From positions 1 to 48,128 of the forward strand of contig CAVUXE010000081.1 in NCBI GenBank assembly GCA_963745235.1: a stretch of DNA of 48,128 nt, given 5' to 3'. Origin of the DNA: an uncultured Spirochaetota bacterium. Lineage in GTDB: Bacteria > Spirochaetota > Spirochaetia > SZUA-6 > Fen-1364. The position numbers and the translations under genes were made by a program. The notes beneath the pieces are model-generated. The model saw only the letters and a list, made by a program, of their open reading frames with translations. It did no database searches and was not told where the DNA came from. This document shows, piece after piece, positions 19,475 through 29,122 of this stretch. Every line of letters begins with the position of its first letter. Position 1 is the first letter of the stretch.

Positions 19475-20833
19475 TCAGAAGTTGACCATGACATTCAGTC
19501 CCGTTTTGAATTGCACTCCCGCACCGGAGGCGAAAGCCGTCCCGGGGACAAAGACGCCGCCCCAAAGGGAAGTCCCCACATCAGAGAGAGGGCTGTAGTT
19601 AATGCTTAGATCCATTTCGGAGCCCAGGTAGGAGCTCGCACTCCCGGGGGCAAGGCCTGGTTCGCTGATCGCCCCTGTAGTGGGGCGGAAGTATGCATCC
19701 GCCTGCAGACCCGTTTGAAGTTTCGAAAGAGGTTTCAGAGAGTAGCTTGCCTCCGCAACGAGGATATTTGACAGCTGCGGCGAGAACACGTTGTCCAACG
19801 TCGGCCGCGATATCGGGATGAAAACAGAAAAGCCCTGACTCTGGCCTTCAGCGACCGTGCTGGCGTTGGGATCACCACTAGCGTACAAAACTCGCACCCC
19901 GATAACAGAAGACAAAGCCTCGGGAAGAAAAACTCGCACCCCACCGCCTGCAAGAGCCGCGAAGAAAAGGATACTCTGATAGCTTCCGCTCTGGTAGGAG
20001 AGCATCTGCCCTGATTCAAGATACGAAAAGACATCATAGTAAAGGTTGCCGACAATGTTTCCGCTCATTCCCAGGCCCACGTACTGCGTGTTGACGTGAC
20101 CACCTTCCGCTGGCTCGTCCGTCGTTGATCCCTCCGATACAAGCGATTCGGCGTTGCCATCCGCTAGATCAAGCGGCGTTCCACGCAGATCCTGTTGTGC
20201 GATTGCGGAGACCGCAAGCCTTTGCCCGGGCAGCGCGAGAAGAGTGGCCTGGACAAGCTCGATCACACGCGGTGAGGCAAAATTGACGCCGGTGTTTGTA
20301 TAATCGTTGAGGTCGGACTTCGAGAGCTCTATCGTCGAAGCTCCCTTTGTCACCAGCCCTGTATAACCCGCGGCGACGTTCAAAGATATCCCAGAGAACT
20401 CCAGGTCTACGAGTAGGCCATCTGCTTCGTGAGAAAGCACCCTGGTGGTGAAGTCGGAAAGTACGAGACGACCGACGGTGAACTGCAACTGTCGAAGGGC
20501 TCCATTCAGCTGGTAGCTGCCGTGCAAGTTCAGCAAGTCGGCGTTTGCATAGAGGAGTAGCGTGTTGAAAGGCAGAACCGGAGCTGTGTTGAAGGTGCCA
20601 TCAACCTGAACGTTCAAGGACAAACTATCGCTGAAGGCCGCCTGAACCCACCCTTTCAGCACATCCTCCTGCACGAGCCCTGGCGAGGTGCCCGGGACAG
20701 CGCCCGCGCCGGAGGAATTGCCCACTCCTGTGAGATTGAAGAAGGTGCCGCCAAGATCAATACTACCGGCGCCTGCCGAAACACCGAGGATCATGGCAAA
20801 GCCCACGACAGAGAGAAGTCTCAGCAGACGCAT
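19475..20833 (-). CDS. Predicted outer-membrane beta-barrel protein
   Basis: Signal peptide, amphipathic strands, YLGSEMDL motif (alginate-export-like) and C-terminal Phe (LNVMVNF). Confidence 0.8.
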   Translation of the reverse strand: MRLLRLLSVVGFAMILGVSAGAGSIDLGGTFFNLTGVGNSSGAGAVPGTSPGLVQEDVLKGWVQAAFSDSLSLNVQVDGTFNTAPVLPFNTLLLYANADLLNLHGSYQLNGALRQLQFTVGRLVLSDFTTRVLSHEADGLLVDLEFSGISLNVAAGYTGLVTKGASTIELSKSDLNDYTNTGVNFASPRVIELVQATLLALPGQRLAVSAIAQQDLRGTPLDLADGNAESLVSEGSTTDEPAEGGHVNTQYVGLGMSGNIVGNLYYDVFSYLESGQMLSYQSGSYQSILFFAALAGGGVRVFLPEALSSVIGVRVLYASGDPNASTVAEGQSQGFSVFIPISRPTLDNVFSPQLSNILVAEASYSLKPLSKLQTGLQADAYFRPTTGAISEPGLAPGSASSYLGSEMDLSINYSPLSDVGTSLWGGVFVPGTAFASGAGVQFKTGLNVMVNF

Positions 20834-20834
20834 G

Positions 20835-21314
20835 TCAGACTTTCTCCTTCCAGTCGAGAACGGCACCGAGAATCCACATCACCTCTTCTCCGGAGACGAC
20901 TCGATTCGGGTGAGTGTATCCCTTCAAGAGTCCCAACGAGGCCAGTTCTCGCGTCGCATAACGCGGGCCAGGAAAAAGGGAGTAGAACAACCCTCCTTTG
21001 ATTCCCTGGGTTTCCATAATGAGATAGCAAACCTCGCCAAGCGTTACCGGATCTACCGGCGAAGGTGTTTTCGGCAGAAGCTTCTTCTCCGCAACCGCGG
21101 CTGCCGCATCCTCACCTGTGGCACCCTCAGGGACAAAACCGACGGCAGACAGGATGACGTATGCAGCGTCTCCGAACATCGCGGGCTTTTCCGCAAGCAA
21201 ACGATCGATGGTTTGGTTCGATTGCGCAGTAAGGTTTGCTGCGCAGGCAAGCAACAGAACGACCACAAGGTGGAATCGCCTCAGGTGAGAGCATTTAAGC
21301 GAGTTCTTTAACAT
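20835..21314 (-). CDS. Small exported protein, possibly SLH-like
   Basis: Signal ending A/QSN; motifs PVTLGEVCYLIM and VSGEEVMWILG; paralog at 40420-40899. Confidence 0.75.
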   Translation of the reverse strand: MLKNSLKCSHLRRFHLVVVLLLACAANLTAQSNQTIDRLLAEKPAMFGDAAYVILSAVGFVPEGATGEDAAAAVAEKKLLPKTPSPVDPVTLGEVCYLIMETQGIKGGLFYSLFPGPRYATRELASLGLLKGYTHPNRVVSGEEVMWILGAVLDWKEKV

Positions 21315-21359
21315 CACTTTCCCTCCAACCAAACGACCGTTAAAGCGGTGTCCCTCCTT

Positions 21360-21388
21360 ATATTACAGTGCTCCGCCGTAGTCGCCAA
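21360..21388 (-). promoter_or_regulatory. Candidate sigma70 promoter for operon copy 1
   Basis: TTGGCG-N17-TAATAT on the minus strand upstream of 21314. Confidence 0.3.
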
Positions 21389-21692
21389 CCTTTTTGAATA
21401 ACGAGTCATTTCACCAATACAAGCTATTGGAAAGCCGCCAAGGACTCCCAAATCGATGTAGCGATCCTTTCCCCTGACCTTTTGTGAGCTGGATGCGACT
21501 GTCCCCTCCGGGTTGGACGGTGTCCCTTTTTCCGCCACGAATTTCGTCATATGTAGAGCACAGACTTCGACATGACAGGAGGAAGACCATGAAGAAGTTC
21601 GTCGTTCACGGAGGAAAGACTCCAAGGAAGTCCGTCACGGATGCAGGTGCCTGCTTCGGAGTCATGGCAAATTAAGGTAAAGGAGAATCAAC

Positions 21693-22001
21693 ATGGCCAA
21701 GTTTTTGGTGATCTATCACGGTTCTGGAACTGGAATGCCTCACGATCCAGTATTAATGGCACAAGCCAAGGAAGCCTTTGATAAATGGGTAGCTAAAGTA
21801 GGCAATGCGGTCGTTGACGTTGGAGCGCCAGTCCGCATGGTCGCACAGGTGTCAAACAGTAGCGCAAATGAACCTGTCGATGTAAATGGCTACTCAATAA
21901 TCGAGGCAGCAACATCAGAGGATGCGGTCAGGCTACTACAAAGTCATCCCTTCGTAGGCAGAGGCGGCATCCTCCAGGTAAATGAGCTAATGGTGGTATA
22001 G
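21693..22001 (+). CDS. YCII-related protein
   Basis: KFLVIY start and VNGYSIIEA...HP motif; RBS AAGGAG. Confidence 0.8.
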   Translation: MAKFLVIYHGSGTGMPHDPVLMAQAKEAFDKWVAKVGNAVVDVGAPVRMVAQVSNSSANEPVDVNGYSIIEAATSEDAVRLLQSHPFVGRGGILQVNELMVV

Positions 22002-22232
22002 CAGGGGCTCCGGAACAAAAAGGCCTTCGGGAGGGGAGCATTACCGCTCTCACGAAGGAAGCCAGGTAGCGGCCCAGCTCCTTCAACTCGGGGGGATCTT
22101 TTCATAGATCGGCGGCTTTTTGCCGTGAGCCAGCCTGTCCAGGAAGCGGTTCTCATGTGCAGCTCGTTGCTACTGTCTGTTGTTCGTCGGTGCATACGGT
22201 TTTTGGCGCAAGGAAATCCAAAAGAATGAAGC

Positions 22233-22607
22233 TCAGGTGCCGTTAGCTTTTCTCTCGTCCCGTTCGATCATTTCAGCGAGCTTTCGCACTTGATCTTCAC
22301 TTAGCTGTTTCTTATTGATGGCTCGCATCAATAGGGGGATCGCGGCATTTCTCCTCACGTGCTGCATATGCTCAGGAATAATACCGTTTTCATGTGCTGC
22401 CAATTCGAACAGCCTCTCTCTTGCTTCCCCTTCCAGTTGGAGTACACTAGCCAATTTGTTGAGACTCTCCTGCTTCTGAGGTGGCCGTGTCTTGCCAACT
22501 TCGATACGAGAAAGATAAGCACGATGAAGACCTGTTCTCCTGGCGAGTTCACTCGGCCAGATTCCTTTTTCGTCCATTAGCTGTTTGACATACTCTCCAA
22601 AAGTCAT
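22233..22607 (-). CDS. XRE-family HTH regulator
   Basis: MTFGEYVKQL...ELARRTGLHRAYLSRIEVG. Confidence 0.88.
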   Translation of the reverse strand: MTFGEYVKQLMDEKGIWPSELARRTGLHRAYLSRIEVGKTRPPQKQESLNKLASVLQLEGEARERLFELAAHENGIIPEHMQHVRRNAAIPLLMRAINKKQLSEDQVRKLAEMIERDERKANGT

Positions 22608-22976
22608 ATTGCCACGCTTTTCTTCGCTGATTTCTTTCAAGCTGTTGTTGCAATAAAACGTCATCAAAGAAACGCCAGGCGTCAAGGGTGAGCAGATTCA
22701 GCAAATCAGCACCCGTGGATCAGATCGGAGGCACACACCTCTTGACCACGGTCGTCTATTGATCAGAACGTCCGCCTTCCAGGGGCCGCACCGGGCTCCT
22801 GACTCGGGGTCAATCACAGCACTGCAAGCTCGGAATAGGTTTCCGCCGCCAAGATCGACGTGGCACAAAGAACTGGGACTGATCAAATTTGAAGTAGACC
22901 TAAACCCCGTTATGGGAACCAGTACGCCGCTGCCTTTCTGTTGCCAAAAAGCACACAAAGTGCTAATTTCTGATCG

Positions 22977-23276
22977 GTGAAGCAAATCCTTTGGGATGTG
23001 GACAAGAACTCGACTCTCCATCGAGAGCGGGGCGTCTGCTTCGAAGATGTGCTCCTCGCTCTTGAGCGAGGAGCTCTATTGGACAGACTCGAGCATCCCA
23101 ATCAGAGCAAGTATCCTGGCCAAAAAATGATGATTGTGGAGATTGAGCAATACGCTTACTTGGTGCCATACGTCGAGACAGAAGACTATCTGTTCCTGAA
23201 AACGGTGATTCCGAGCAGGAAAGCGACAAAGCAATACCTATCCCAGAAGGGAGTTGATGATGAAACTCACGAATGA
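22977..23276 (+). CDS. BrnT-family type II toxin
   Basis: WDxxKN...RGVxFE, HPN...YPGQ and LKTVIPSRKAT motifs. Confidence 0.85.
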   Translation: MKQILWDVDKNSTLHRERGVCFEDVLLALERGALLDRLEHPNQSKYPGQKMMIVEIEQYAYLVPYVETEDYLFLKTVIPSRKATKQYLSQKGVDDETHE

Positions 23277-23535
23277 TGAAAAGGATATTCTCAAGTCCTA
23301 TGAGCAAGGGGAATGGACATCCACGAAGAAGCTGGCCGCGGAACGGAAACTCCTTCGACAGTACGCAAAGAATACCCTAAGAAAAGACAAGCGGGTCAAC
23401 ATCCGAATCTCGGAGAATGACCTTGTGCAGCTTCAGCGCAAGGCTATTCATGATGGGTTGCCCTATCAAACGCTCATCTCAAGTGTGCTTCATAAGTTTG
23501 TCAACGGTAGCCTCATAGAACGGACGGCTGAGTGA
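23257..23535 (+). CDS. BrnA/CopG-like antitoxin
   Basis: Overlaps the toxin; RVNIRIS...GLPYQTLISSVLH ribbon-helix-helix motif. Confidence 0.85.
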   Translation: MMKLTNDEKDILKSYEQGEWTSTKKLAAERKLLRQYAKNTLRKDKRVNIRISENDLVQLQRKAIHDGLPYQTLISSVLHKFVNGSLIERTAE

Positions 23536-23584
23536 AGAAGACACAACAGAGTGGGATTTCTTTCCTATGAGCAGATGGTCCTCG

Positions 23585-23642
23585 GTAGACAGAAGACAGA
23601 ATTATAGGCAGTCGGTAGCGTCCAAGGCGCGTAAGGGTGTCA
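23585..23642 (+). repeat. TA-adjacent intergenic repeat, copy A
   Basis: 47 of 58 nt match 41912-41969 without gaps. Confidence 0.8.
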
Positions 23643-23669
23643 AGTTCCATAACGGCCCTTATGTGATAT
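23642..23669 (+). other. dif-like tyrosine-recombinase site
   Basis: AAGTTCCATAA-CGGCCC-TTATGTGATAT; the right arm matches E. coli dif TTATGTTAAAT at 9 of 11 positions. Confidence 0.45.
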
Positions 23670-23760
23670 TTTCACCCCGAAATGCCCCCTACATCCCCGC
23701 AGCGGGCTCGCCCTGCAACCGACCTGGCTTCCGCCTTGGGGGAAGGTCAAGGGCGCTGGC

Positions 23761-24505
23761 GCCCTCACCACGGCGGCCTACCGTAGCGCCCTCAGAGGCT
23801 TCCTGGACAGCGGCCAGGCGGTCACCGTTGAGGGATTCGCCGCGTACATCCACCAGCTGCGTCGCACGCGCTCGGCGGCGACCGTGAACCAGGCCCTCGC
23901 AGCCGGCCCTTGGACTTCCTGCAAAGGAGATCTCGCTCATCCGCGGAGCGCTGGGAGAAATCCCGGCTGTGAAGAAATCCCCGCCGGACGTTTCGGTGGT
24001 CTCGCCGGAGGAGCGGTTGGCGCTCTTCGCTGCGTTGCCGTTGCGAATGCGGCTGGTGGCCGAGACGCTGTACGCAACCGGGGCTCGCGTGATTGAGGTC
24101 CTCACGGTGAGAAGGGACCAGGTCAAGACGAACGGTGCCAGTGGCACCGTGGAGCTCAGGCTCTACGGCAAGGGCGGCAAGGAGCGGAGCTCAAGGATCC
24201 CCGCGGAGCTCTACAAGAGGATCCTCCAGGTGTTCCCGCGGGGCACGTACCTGTTTGAGAGTAGCCACAAGAAGCACTTCAGGAGGGAGTACATATCGAG
24301 AGAGATCGCGCGGGCTGCGCGGCGGGTACTTGGCCGCGCTGTCTCAGCTCACGTGCTGCGGCACTCGCGGGCGACGGACCTGGTGGCGGCAACGCACAGA
24401 ATCAAGGCGGTCTTGAGGCTGCTCGGGCATTCGGACGAGGCGACCACGTTGCGCTACTATGTACACGACGCATTCAGCGATGAGGACCTGTTCGGGGGGA
24501 TGTAG
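23761..24505 (+). pseudogene. Third tyrosine recombinase, frameshifted
   Basis: Catalytic domain TGARVIE/GKGGKER/HVLRHS/LGH/TLRYY (23969-24505). The SAM-like part (TAAYRSAL...SAATVNQALAA) lies in another frame, with a break near 23910-23925. Confidence 0.8.
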
Positions 24506-24580
24506 AGACACGGCAGGCTCTCGAAAAACCTCACCTTGGCCCGCTACGCGCGGCAGATTAGGACGTATGGAGACGCTCCT

Positions 24581-25714
24581 TTAGCGAGGCCATCTCTCTC
24601 GGACACCGGGAAGGATCGGAAACCTTCGATGAGGCTCTTCCTGGTACCAGTACGCAACGGACGCGATATCGTCTGTCCGCTCGAAGAGGTTGTGCATGTC
24701 ATGACCGATCTGCTGAATCGTGACTCGAAGCGTCTTGTCGAACATTATCGGGTCCAGGAGGTGCCATCGATACAACCCGTGCTTCGGGATCAGATCGAAC
24801 ACTTTGTCGATCTTCCTGTAGTCTGTTCCGAGGAGGCTGTTGAAGCTCTTCGTGCTCTCAGAGAAATAGGGATAGCCCATGAACGGGGTGGAGTACGTCG
24901 TCTCCACGAGGGTACTTCCCTGGTCTTCGTAGAAACACCAGGCGCCGCCGAAGTAGTCCTCAGTGCCTGTTCCGCATATTGTCGGCCACTGGTCGTCGTC
25001 GTCGATGTAGAACTTCATCTCCCCTTCACCCCACCAGAAGCGCTCCAGGGAGGTCCAGGCAAGATACGTTCCGACGTATTTTCCCCTGCCCTCGATGCCG
25101 TCCAGGAGAATGTAGTCGCGTCCATGCTGCGTGATGTTCTCTCTCCGCCACTGCGCGTGAAAGAGACCAGCCTCATCTGGAACGCGATCGACGAGGGAAT
25201 AGTCGAACTGGTAGAAAAACTGGGCGACGTCGGCCTCATGCCCGTTCTCGATAGTGATCCTCGCCTCTTTTCGAAAAGGCATCGGAAAGAAACAATTCAT
25301 TCCCCCTGTTGGATTGACAACGATCGGCAGGGAGTTAACTTTGCAACGCGCGCCGAACCCATTGGCGAAAAAATCCCCCAGGGGCACTTCCACCGAGGGG
25401 TCCGATTCGCCGTCCCAGTACATCCTGAGGACCAGATCCCGCAGCACAAAGTAGCCCGCGTCTGTCTTGTCCGTCACGGTCATCCAGAAATGCTGCAGGA
25501 TGCCGGCACCCCGTACGTGCGCAAGCTCCGTCTCGCGTCCACGGGGGAGGACGATGAACGGGCGACCTTTCCGCCCCTGGCCGAGAGCGCTGTGCGCGGA
25601 TCCGCCGGCTCCAGGCTCGCCTTCGGGATTCTCCGCGCTGATGGAACGACTCTTCCCGCCCGTCAGCAGGGGGGCTGTCGAGAGCCCGTCTCCAAATAGG
25701 AAATTTTGCTGCAT
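24581..25714 (-). CDS. Glycoside hydrolase family 172 (DUF2961)
   Basis: SRSISAEN, PLGDFF, WWGEGE and GTGTEDYF motifs. Confidence 0.93.
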   Translation of the reverse strand: MQQNFLFGDGLSTAPLLTGGKSRSISAENPEGEPGAGGSAHSALGQGRKGRPFIVLPRGRETELAHVRGAGILQHFWMTVTDKTDAGYFVLRDLVLRMYWDGESDPSVEVPLGDFFANGFGARCKVNSLPIVVNPTGGMNCFFPMPFRKEARITIENGHEADVAQFFYQFDYSLVDRVPDEAGLFHAQWRRENITQHGRDYILLDGIEGRGKYVGTYLAWTSLERFWWGEGEMKFYIDDDDQWPTICGTGTEDYFGGAWCFYEDQGSTLVETTYSTPFMGYPYFSESTKSFNSLLGTDYRKIDKVFDLIPKHGLYRWHLLDPIMFDKTLRVTIQQIGHDMHNLFERTDDIASVAYWYQEEPHRRFPILPGVRERWPR

Positions 25715-25716
25715 GT

Positions 25717-26559
25717 TCAGCCTTTCACCGCGCCGGACGTAAGACCCCTGATTAGTGCGCCTCGGAAGAAGAAGTAGGCGACAAAAATTGGAATCATGGA
25801 TAGAACCCCTGCGGCCGTCAGGGGTCCCCACTCGATACCCTTGCTCGTTATGAAGGTGGAAACACCGGCCATGAGCGGCTTTAGTCGGTCGGACCGGACG
25901 AAGGTCATAGAAATCATGAGCTCCTGCCAGACATAGATGAACACGGATAACCCCGTGGCCATGAGACCAGGAGTGAGCAAGGGTCCCACGATCCGGAGGA
26001 GGATGGTCGCGCTCGAAGCGCCGTCAATGGTCGCCGCCTCATCGAGCTGCCGGGGTATGCCGTTCACGAAGCCGAGGAGCAGCCATGTCCCAACGGGAAT
26101 ACTTATAGCGCTGTACGTGGCTATAAGCGCCGTGGGACCGTCGATAAGGCTCAACCGTGACCAGAAGATGTAGAGCGGGATGATCAACGTGGTAACGGGC
26201 ATCACTTGCGCAAGGAGAAGGCTAAGGAGGAAGGGCAGTTTGCCCCGGAAGGAGAACCGGCTGATGCTGTACGCCGCCATGCTGGAAGCCACCAGGACGA
26301 TGGCCACAGTGGACACCGCGATAACCACGGTGTTGAGCAGATACCGAGGGATGGCCGATGCTTTCCAGACCGCCACGTAGTTCATGAATGTCGGCACCGC
26401 GGGCAGGAATACCGGCGGTGATCGAAACACGTCCGAGGCCTGCTTCACCGACGTGACCAAGGTCCAGTAGAACGGGAATACCACTACCAGGACCGTCACA
26501 ATGGAGATGACCCAGATCACCGAAATACCAACGGCGGAGCGGCCTCTCAGGGTCGTCAT
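25717..26559 (-). CDS. Carbohydrate ABC transporter permease
   Basis: TM helices and EAA loop (LDEAATIDGA). Confidence 0.95.
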   Translation of the reverse strand: MTTLRGRSAVGISVIWVISIVTVLVVVFPFYWTLVTSVKQASDVFRSPPVFLPAVPTFMNYVAVWKASAIPRYLLNTVVIAVSTVAIVLVASSMAAYSISRFSFRGKLPFLLSLLLAQVMPVTTLIIPLYIFWSRLSLIDGPTALIATYSAISIPVGTWLLLGFVNGIPRQLDEAATIDGASSATILLRIVGPLLTPGLMATGLSVFIYVWQELMISMTFVRSDRLKPLMAGVSTFITSKGIEWGPLTAAGVLSMIPIFVAYFFFRGALIRGLTSGAVKG

Positions 26560-27437
26560 GATTCCCGCACCTTCCGGTACAGAGCACGGATGTAAGGCGC
26601 GCAGACCACCGCGACGATGAGGACGGAGAGTACCGCCATGGCGGAGGCCTGGCCGAAGTTGTTTGTAGCGAACCCCAGGAGGTACGTGTAGACGGGAAGC
26701 GTGGCCGTGGCGTTCAAGGGACCTCCCCGCGTGATGATCCAGATGATATCGAAACTGTTGAACGTCCAGATAGTGGTAAGCGTTGCGGTGGCCGCGATCA
26801 CCGGCTTCAGGTGCTGAAGGACGACGTGGCGAAACACGGCAAACTGCCCGGCGCCATCGATCCGCGCCGATTCAACCTGATCCCGGGGCACATCCATCAA
26901 CGCGGCGGTGATCATCAGAAACCAGAACGGCATCGCTTTCCAGGTGTTCACCATCGTCACGCTGGTCAGGGCGAGCCTCGGGTCCGAGAACCACAGAACG
27001 CTGCGGCCTTTTCCGCCCAAGGCTGTGATGAGATAGCTCACGACACCCAGATCGCTCTGCAGCATGCACATCCAGATCACGGAGGTGACGACGCCAGGGA
27101 TGATCCACGGGAGGAGAATGAGCGATTGCATCATTCGGGACGCCCCTCGCCGCATCCCATCCACTATCACCGCAAGGAGGATGCCGACTCCCATCTGAAG
27201 GCATACCCCACCGACCGTCCATAGGGCTGTGTTCAGCACCACACGGCCAAACGCATCTCCCGAGATAATCCTGGTGTAGTTCCGAAGCCCCACGAACGGG
27301 TGATCGGGAAACGCGAGCTGCCAGCGGAAGAAGCTGATTCCGATGTTGTAGACGAGCGGGTATCCCAGGAAGAGGAGTATCATGAGGGCGGCTGGAAGGA
27401 TGAAGATGTAGGGTTCAGCTCTCTTGGTCCAGGTCAC
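26556..27437 (-). CDS. Carbohydrate ABC transporter permease
   Basis: FVGLRNY and ESARIDGA motifs. Confidence 0.95.
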   Translation of the reverse strand: MTWTKRAEPYIFILPAALMILLFLGYPLVYNIGISFFRWQLAFPDHPFVGLRNYTRIISGDAFGRVVLNTALWTVGGVCLQMGVGILLAVIVDGMRRGASRMMQSLILLPWIIPGVVTSVIWMCMLQSDLGVVSYLITALGGKGRSVLWFSDPRLALTSVTMVNTWKAMPFWFLMITAALMDVPRDQVESARIDGAGQFAVFRHVVLQHLKPVIAATATLTTIWTFNSFDIIWIITRGGPLNATATLPVYTYLLGFATNNFGQASAMAVLSVLIVAVVCAPYIRALYRKVRES

Positions 27438-27455
27438 GGGTGATCTCCGGGAATT

Positions 27456-27484
27456 GCGGAGGAGGGGGCGATCCCCTCCTCCGT
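27456..27484 (-). other. Intra-operon stem-loop between binding protein and permease
   Basis: GCGGAGGAGGGG-GCGAT-CCCCTCCTCCGT. Confidence 0.65.
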
Positions 27485-27503
27485 TTGTAGGAGGCCTGCG
27501 ATT

Positions 27504-28814
27504 CTACTTTCCGGATACGATCTTGGTGATCGTGGTCTGGAACTCCGCAACGGCCTGATCGACCGTCAGCGCGCCGAAGATGACCTTGGAAGCCAGTTCC
27601 TGCTCTGCGACATTCAGGTCGCCTAGGTAAAGGTTCCCAGGGATCGGCTGGCGGGTGCTGGCGAACTGCTTGATTTCCACCGAGTGGATAGGGTCTTTAG
27701 CCCACTCGGACACCGCGAGGTTGGGCTTGCTCGGAGGCGGATTGGTGATAAGCTTGGAGTTGAACTCCGGTGACATGATCAGCTTGAGGAATGCCAAAGC
27801 CAGCTCCGGGTTCTTCTCGCCGGCTGGGATGCCCAGACCAAAACCTGCGCCGTAAGAGCCGTCCGGTCCGTCCGCGGTCATCTTGGGGATCATTGCCTGC
27901 GCAAACCAGGGTTGATCTCTAAGACCAGGGTTCTGGTCCAGCATCCATGAACCGTTAATCCGCATTCCCAGCTTGCCATTCACGTAGAGCTTGTCGTTTC
28001 CTTGCTGGTCCAGCGTGGCGAAATCCGGCGGAGAGAACGGCCGAAGATCCGCCATCAGCTTGAGGTAGCTCCGGAACTCAGGTGTGTCGACGTTCGCCTT
28101 TACGTGGCCGGCCTGGTCAACGGTGACCATGGTTCCCGCGGAGGCGCAGTACAGCGCCGACATGGTGAACTCCTTGACGGGCAGGTCGTAGGCGTTCCCG
28201 TAGGTGTCGATCGTGCCGGCGCCGGTGGTGTCCATGGTGAGGGCCTTGGCGTCTGCAAGATACTCCGCCCACGTCTTCGGGGGAGCATCAGGGTTCAGAC
28301 CGGCCTTCTTGAAGAGATCCTTGTTGTAATACAGCACGCGGGTGTCCATTGTGTAGGGCGTCGCAAAATGCTTGCCCTGCCACGTGTACATGGCCAGGAC
28401 GCCTGGGACGAACTGATCGAAGTACCCGTTGCCGAGTCGGGGTCCAAGGTCCATGAGGTACCCGGCGTTGGATAGGGCCGGCATATTCGCACAACCAATA
28501 AGATTGACGTCCGGCGAATTTCCTGCTGCAAACATCACCTGGTACTTGTCCATCCATGTCATGAATGGGTCGCTCAAGACTTCGGCGTCGGCCCCGGGAT
28601 TCTGCTTCTTGAAGGTATCCACAAGTGCCTTGAAGTAGGGTTTCAGGGCATCGATGCTCGTCCACTCGGAGATGGTGTAAAACGTGACCTTGCCGGTGAG
28701 AGCCGTCTTTGCGGGCGCCGCAGTGCGTTCGGCCTGCGGGCTTCCGTAGGCGGCGGCAGCGAAGATCGTCATAACAGCGATGGTCGACCAAAAAACGCTC
28801 AGGAATCGTCTCAT
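27504..28814 (-). CDS. Sugar ABC transporter substrate-binding protein
   Basis: Signal peptide and LYYNKDLFKKAG...PKTW motif. Confidence 0.95.
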   Translation of the reverse strand: MRRFLSVFWSTIAVMTIFAAAAYGSPQAERTAAPAKTALTGKVTFYTISEWTSIDALKPYFKALVDTFKKQNPGADAEVLSDPFMTWMDKYQVMFAAGNSPDVNLIGCANMPALSNAGYLMDLGPRLGNGYFDQFVPGVLAMYTWQGKHFATPYTMDTRVLYYNKDLFKKAGLNPDAPPKTWAEYLADAKALTMDTTGAGTIDTYGNAYDLPVKEFTMSALYCASAGTMVTVDQAGHVKANVDTPEFRSYLKLMADLRPFSPPDFATLDQQGNDKLYVNGKLGMRINGSWMLDQNPGLRDQPWFAQAMIPKMTADGPDGSYGAGFGLGIPAGEKNPELALAFLKLIMSPEFNSKLITNPPPSKPNLAVSEWAKDPIHSVEIKQFASTRQPIPGNLYLGDLNVAEQELASKVIFGALTVDQAVAEFQTTITKIVSGK

Positions 28815-29122
28815 AGGTTACCTCCTCCTATTCGTAAGATCAAAGGAATTCTGTCTCCGTCCTGACACTCACCACAAGCCGGCGGAGGGCACAAATCATG
28901 GAGTTATCCCACATAAATCGCTGTGGAGAACGCCAACCCACGACATGGAAACACATGAAAGGACACGTATAGCCAAGAATCCGATGGCCGAGGAGGCACA
29001 GGTTCGGACATTATGGGAAATGAAGCCACGAAACCACTGCATACGTGCTCCGCGCCGGCTTTCGCGTCGGCGCGAGCACACTTATGCTGATCACGCAGGA
29101 TCGTAGTACAGGAGGAGACGTG

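Larger units (their letters stand above)
18737..21314 (-). repeat. Three-gene block, copy 1 (copy 2 at 38322-40899)
   Basis: Colinear and same orientation, ~19.6 kb apart. The FecR paralogs differ at about 30 of 241 residues by manual count. Confidence 0.95.

Noticed and set aside
7899-24505. Integron integrase or prophage
   Set aside because: None of the three recombinases shows the IntI-specific insertion, and there are no phage structural genes.
24536-25699. Long antisense ORFs (also 46399-47838, 43805-44743, 2756-3445)
   Set aside because: They are shadow frames of well-supported genes in GC-rich DNA.
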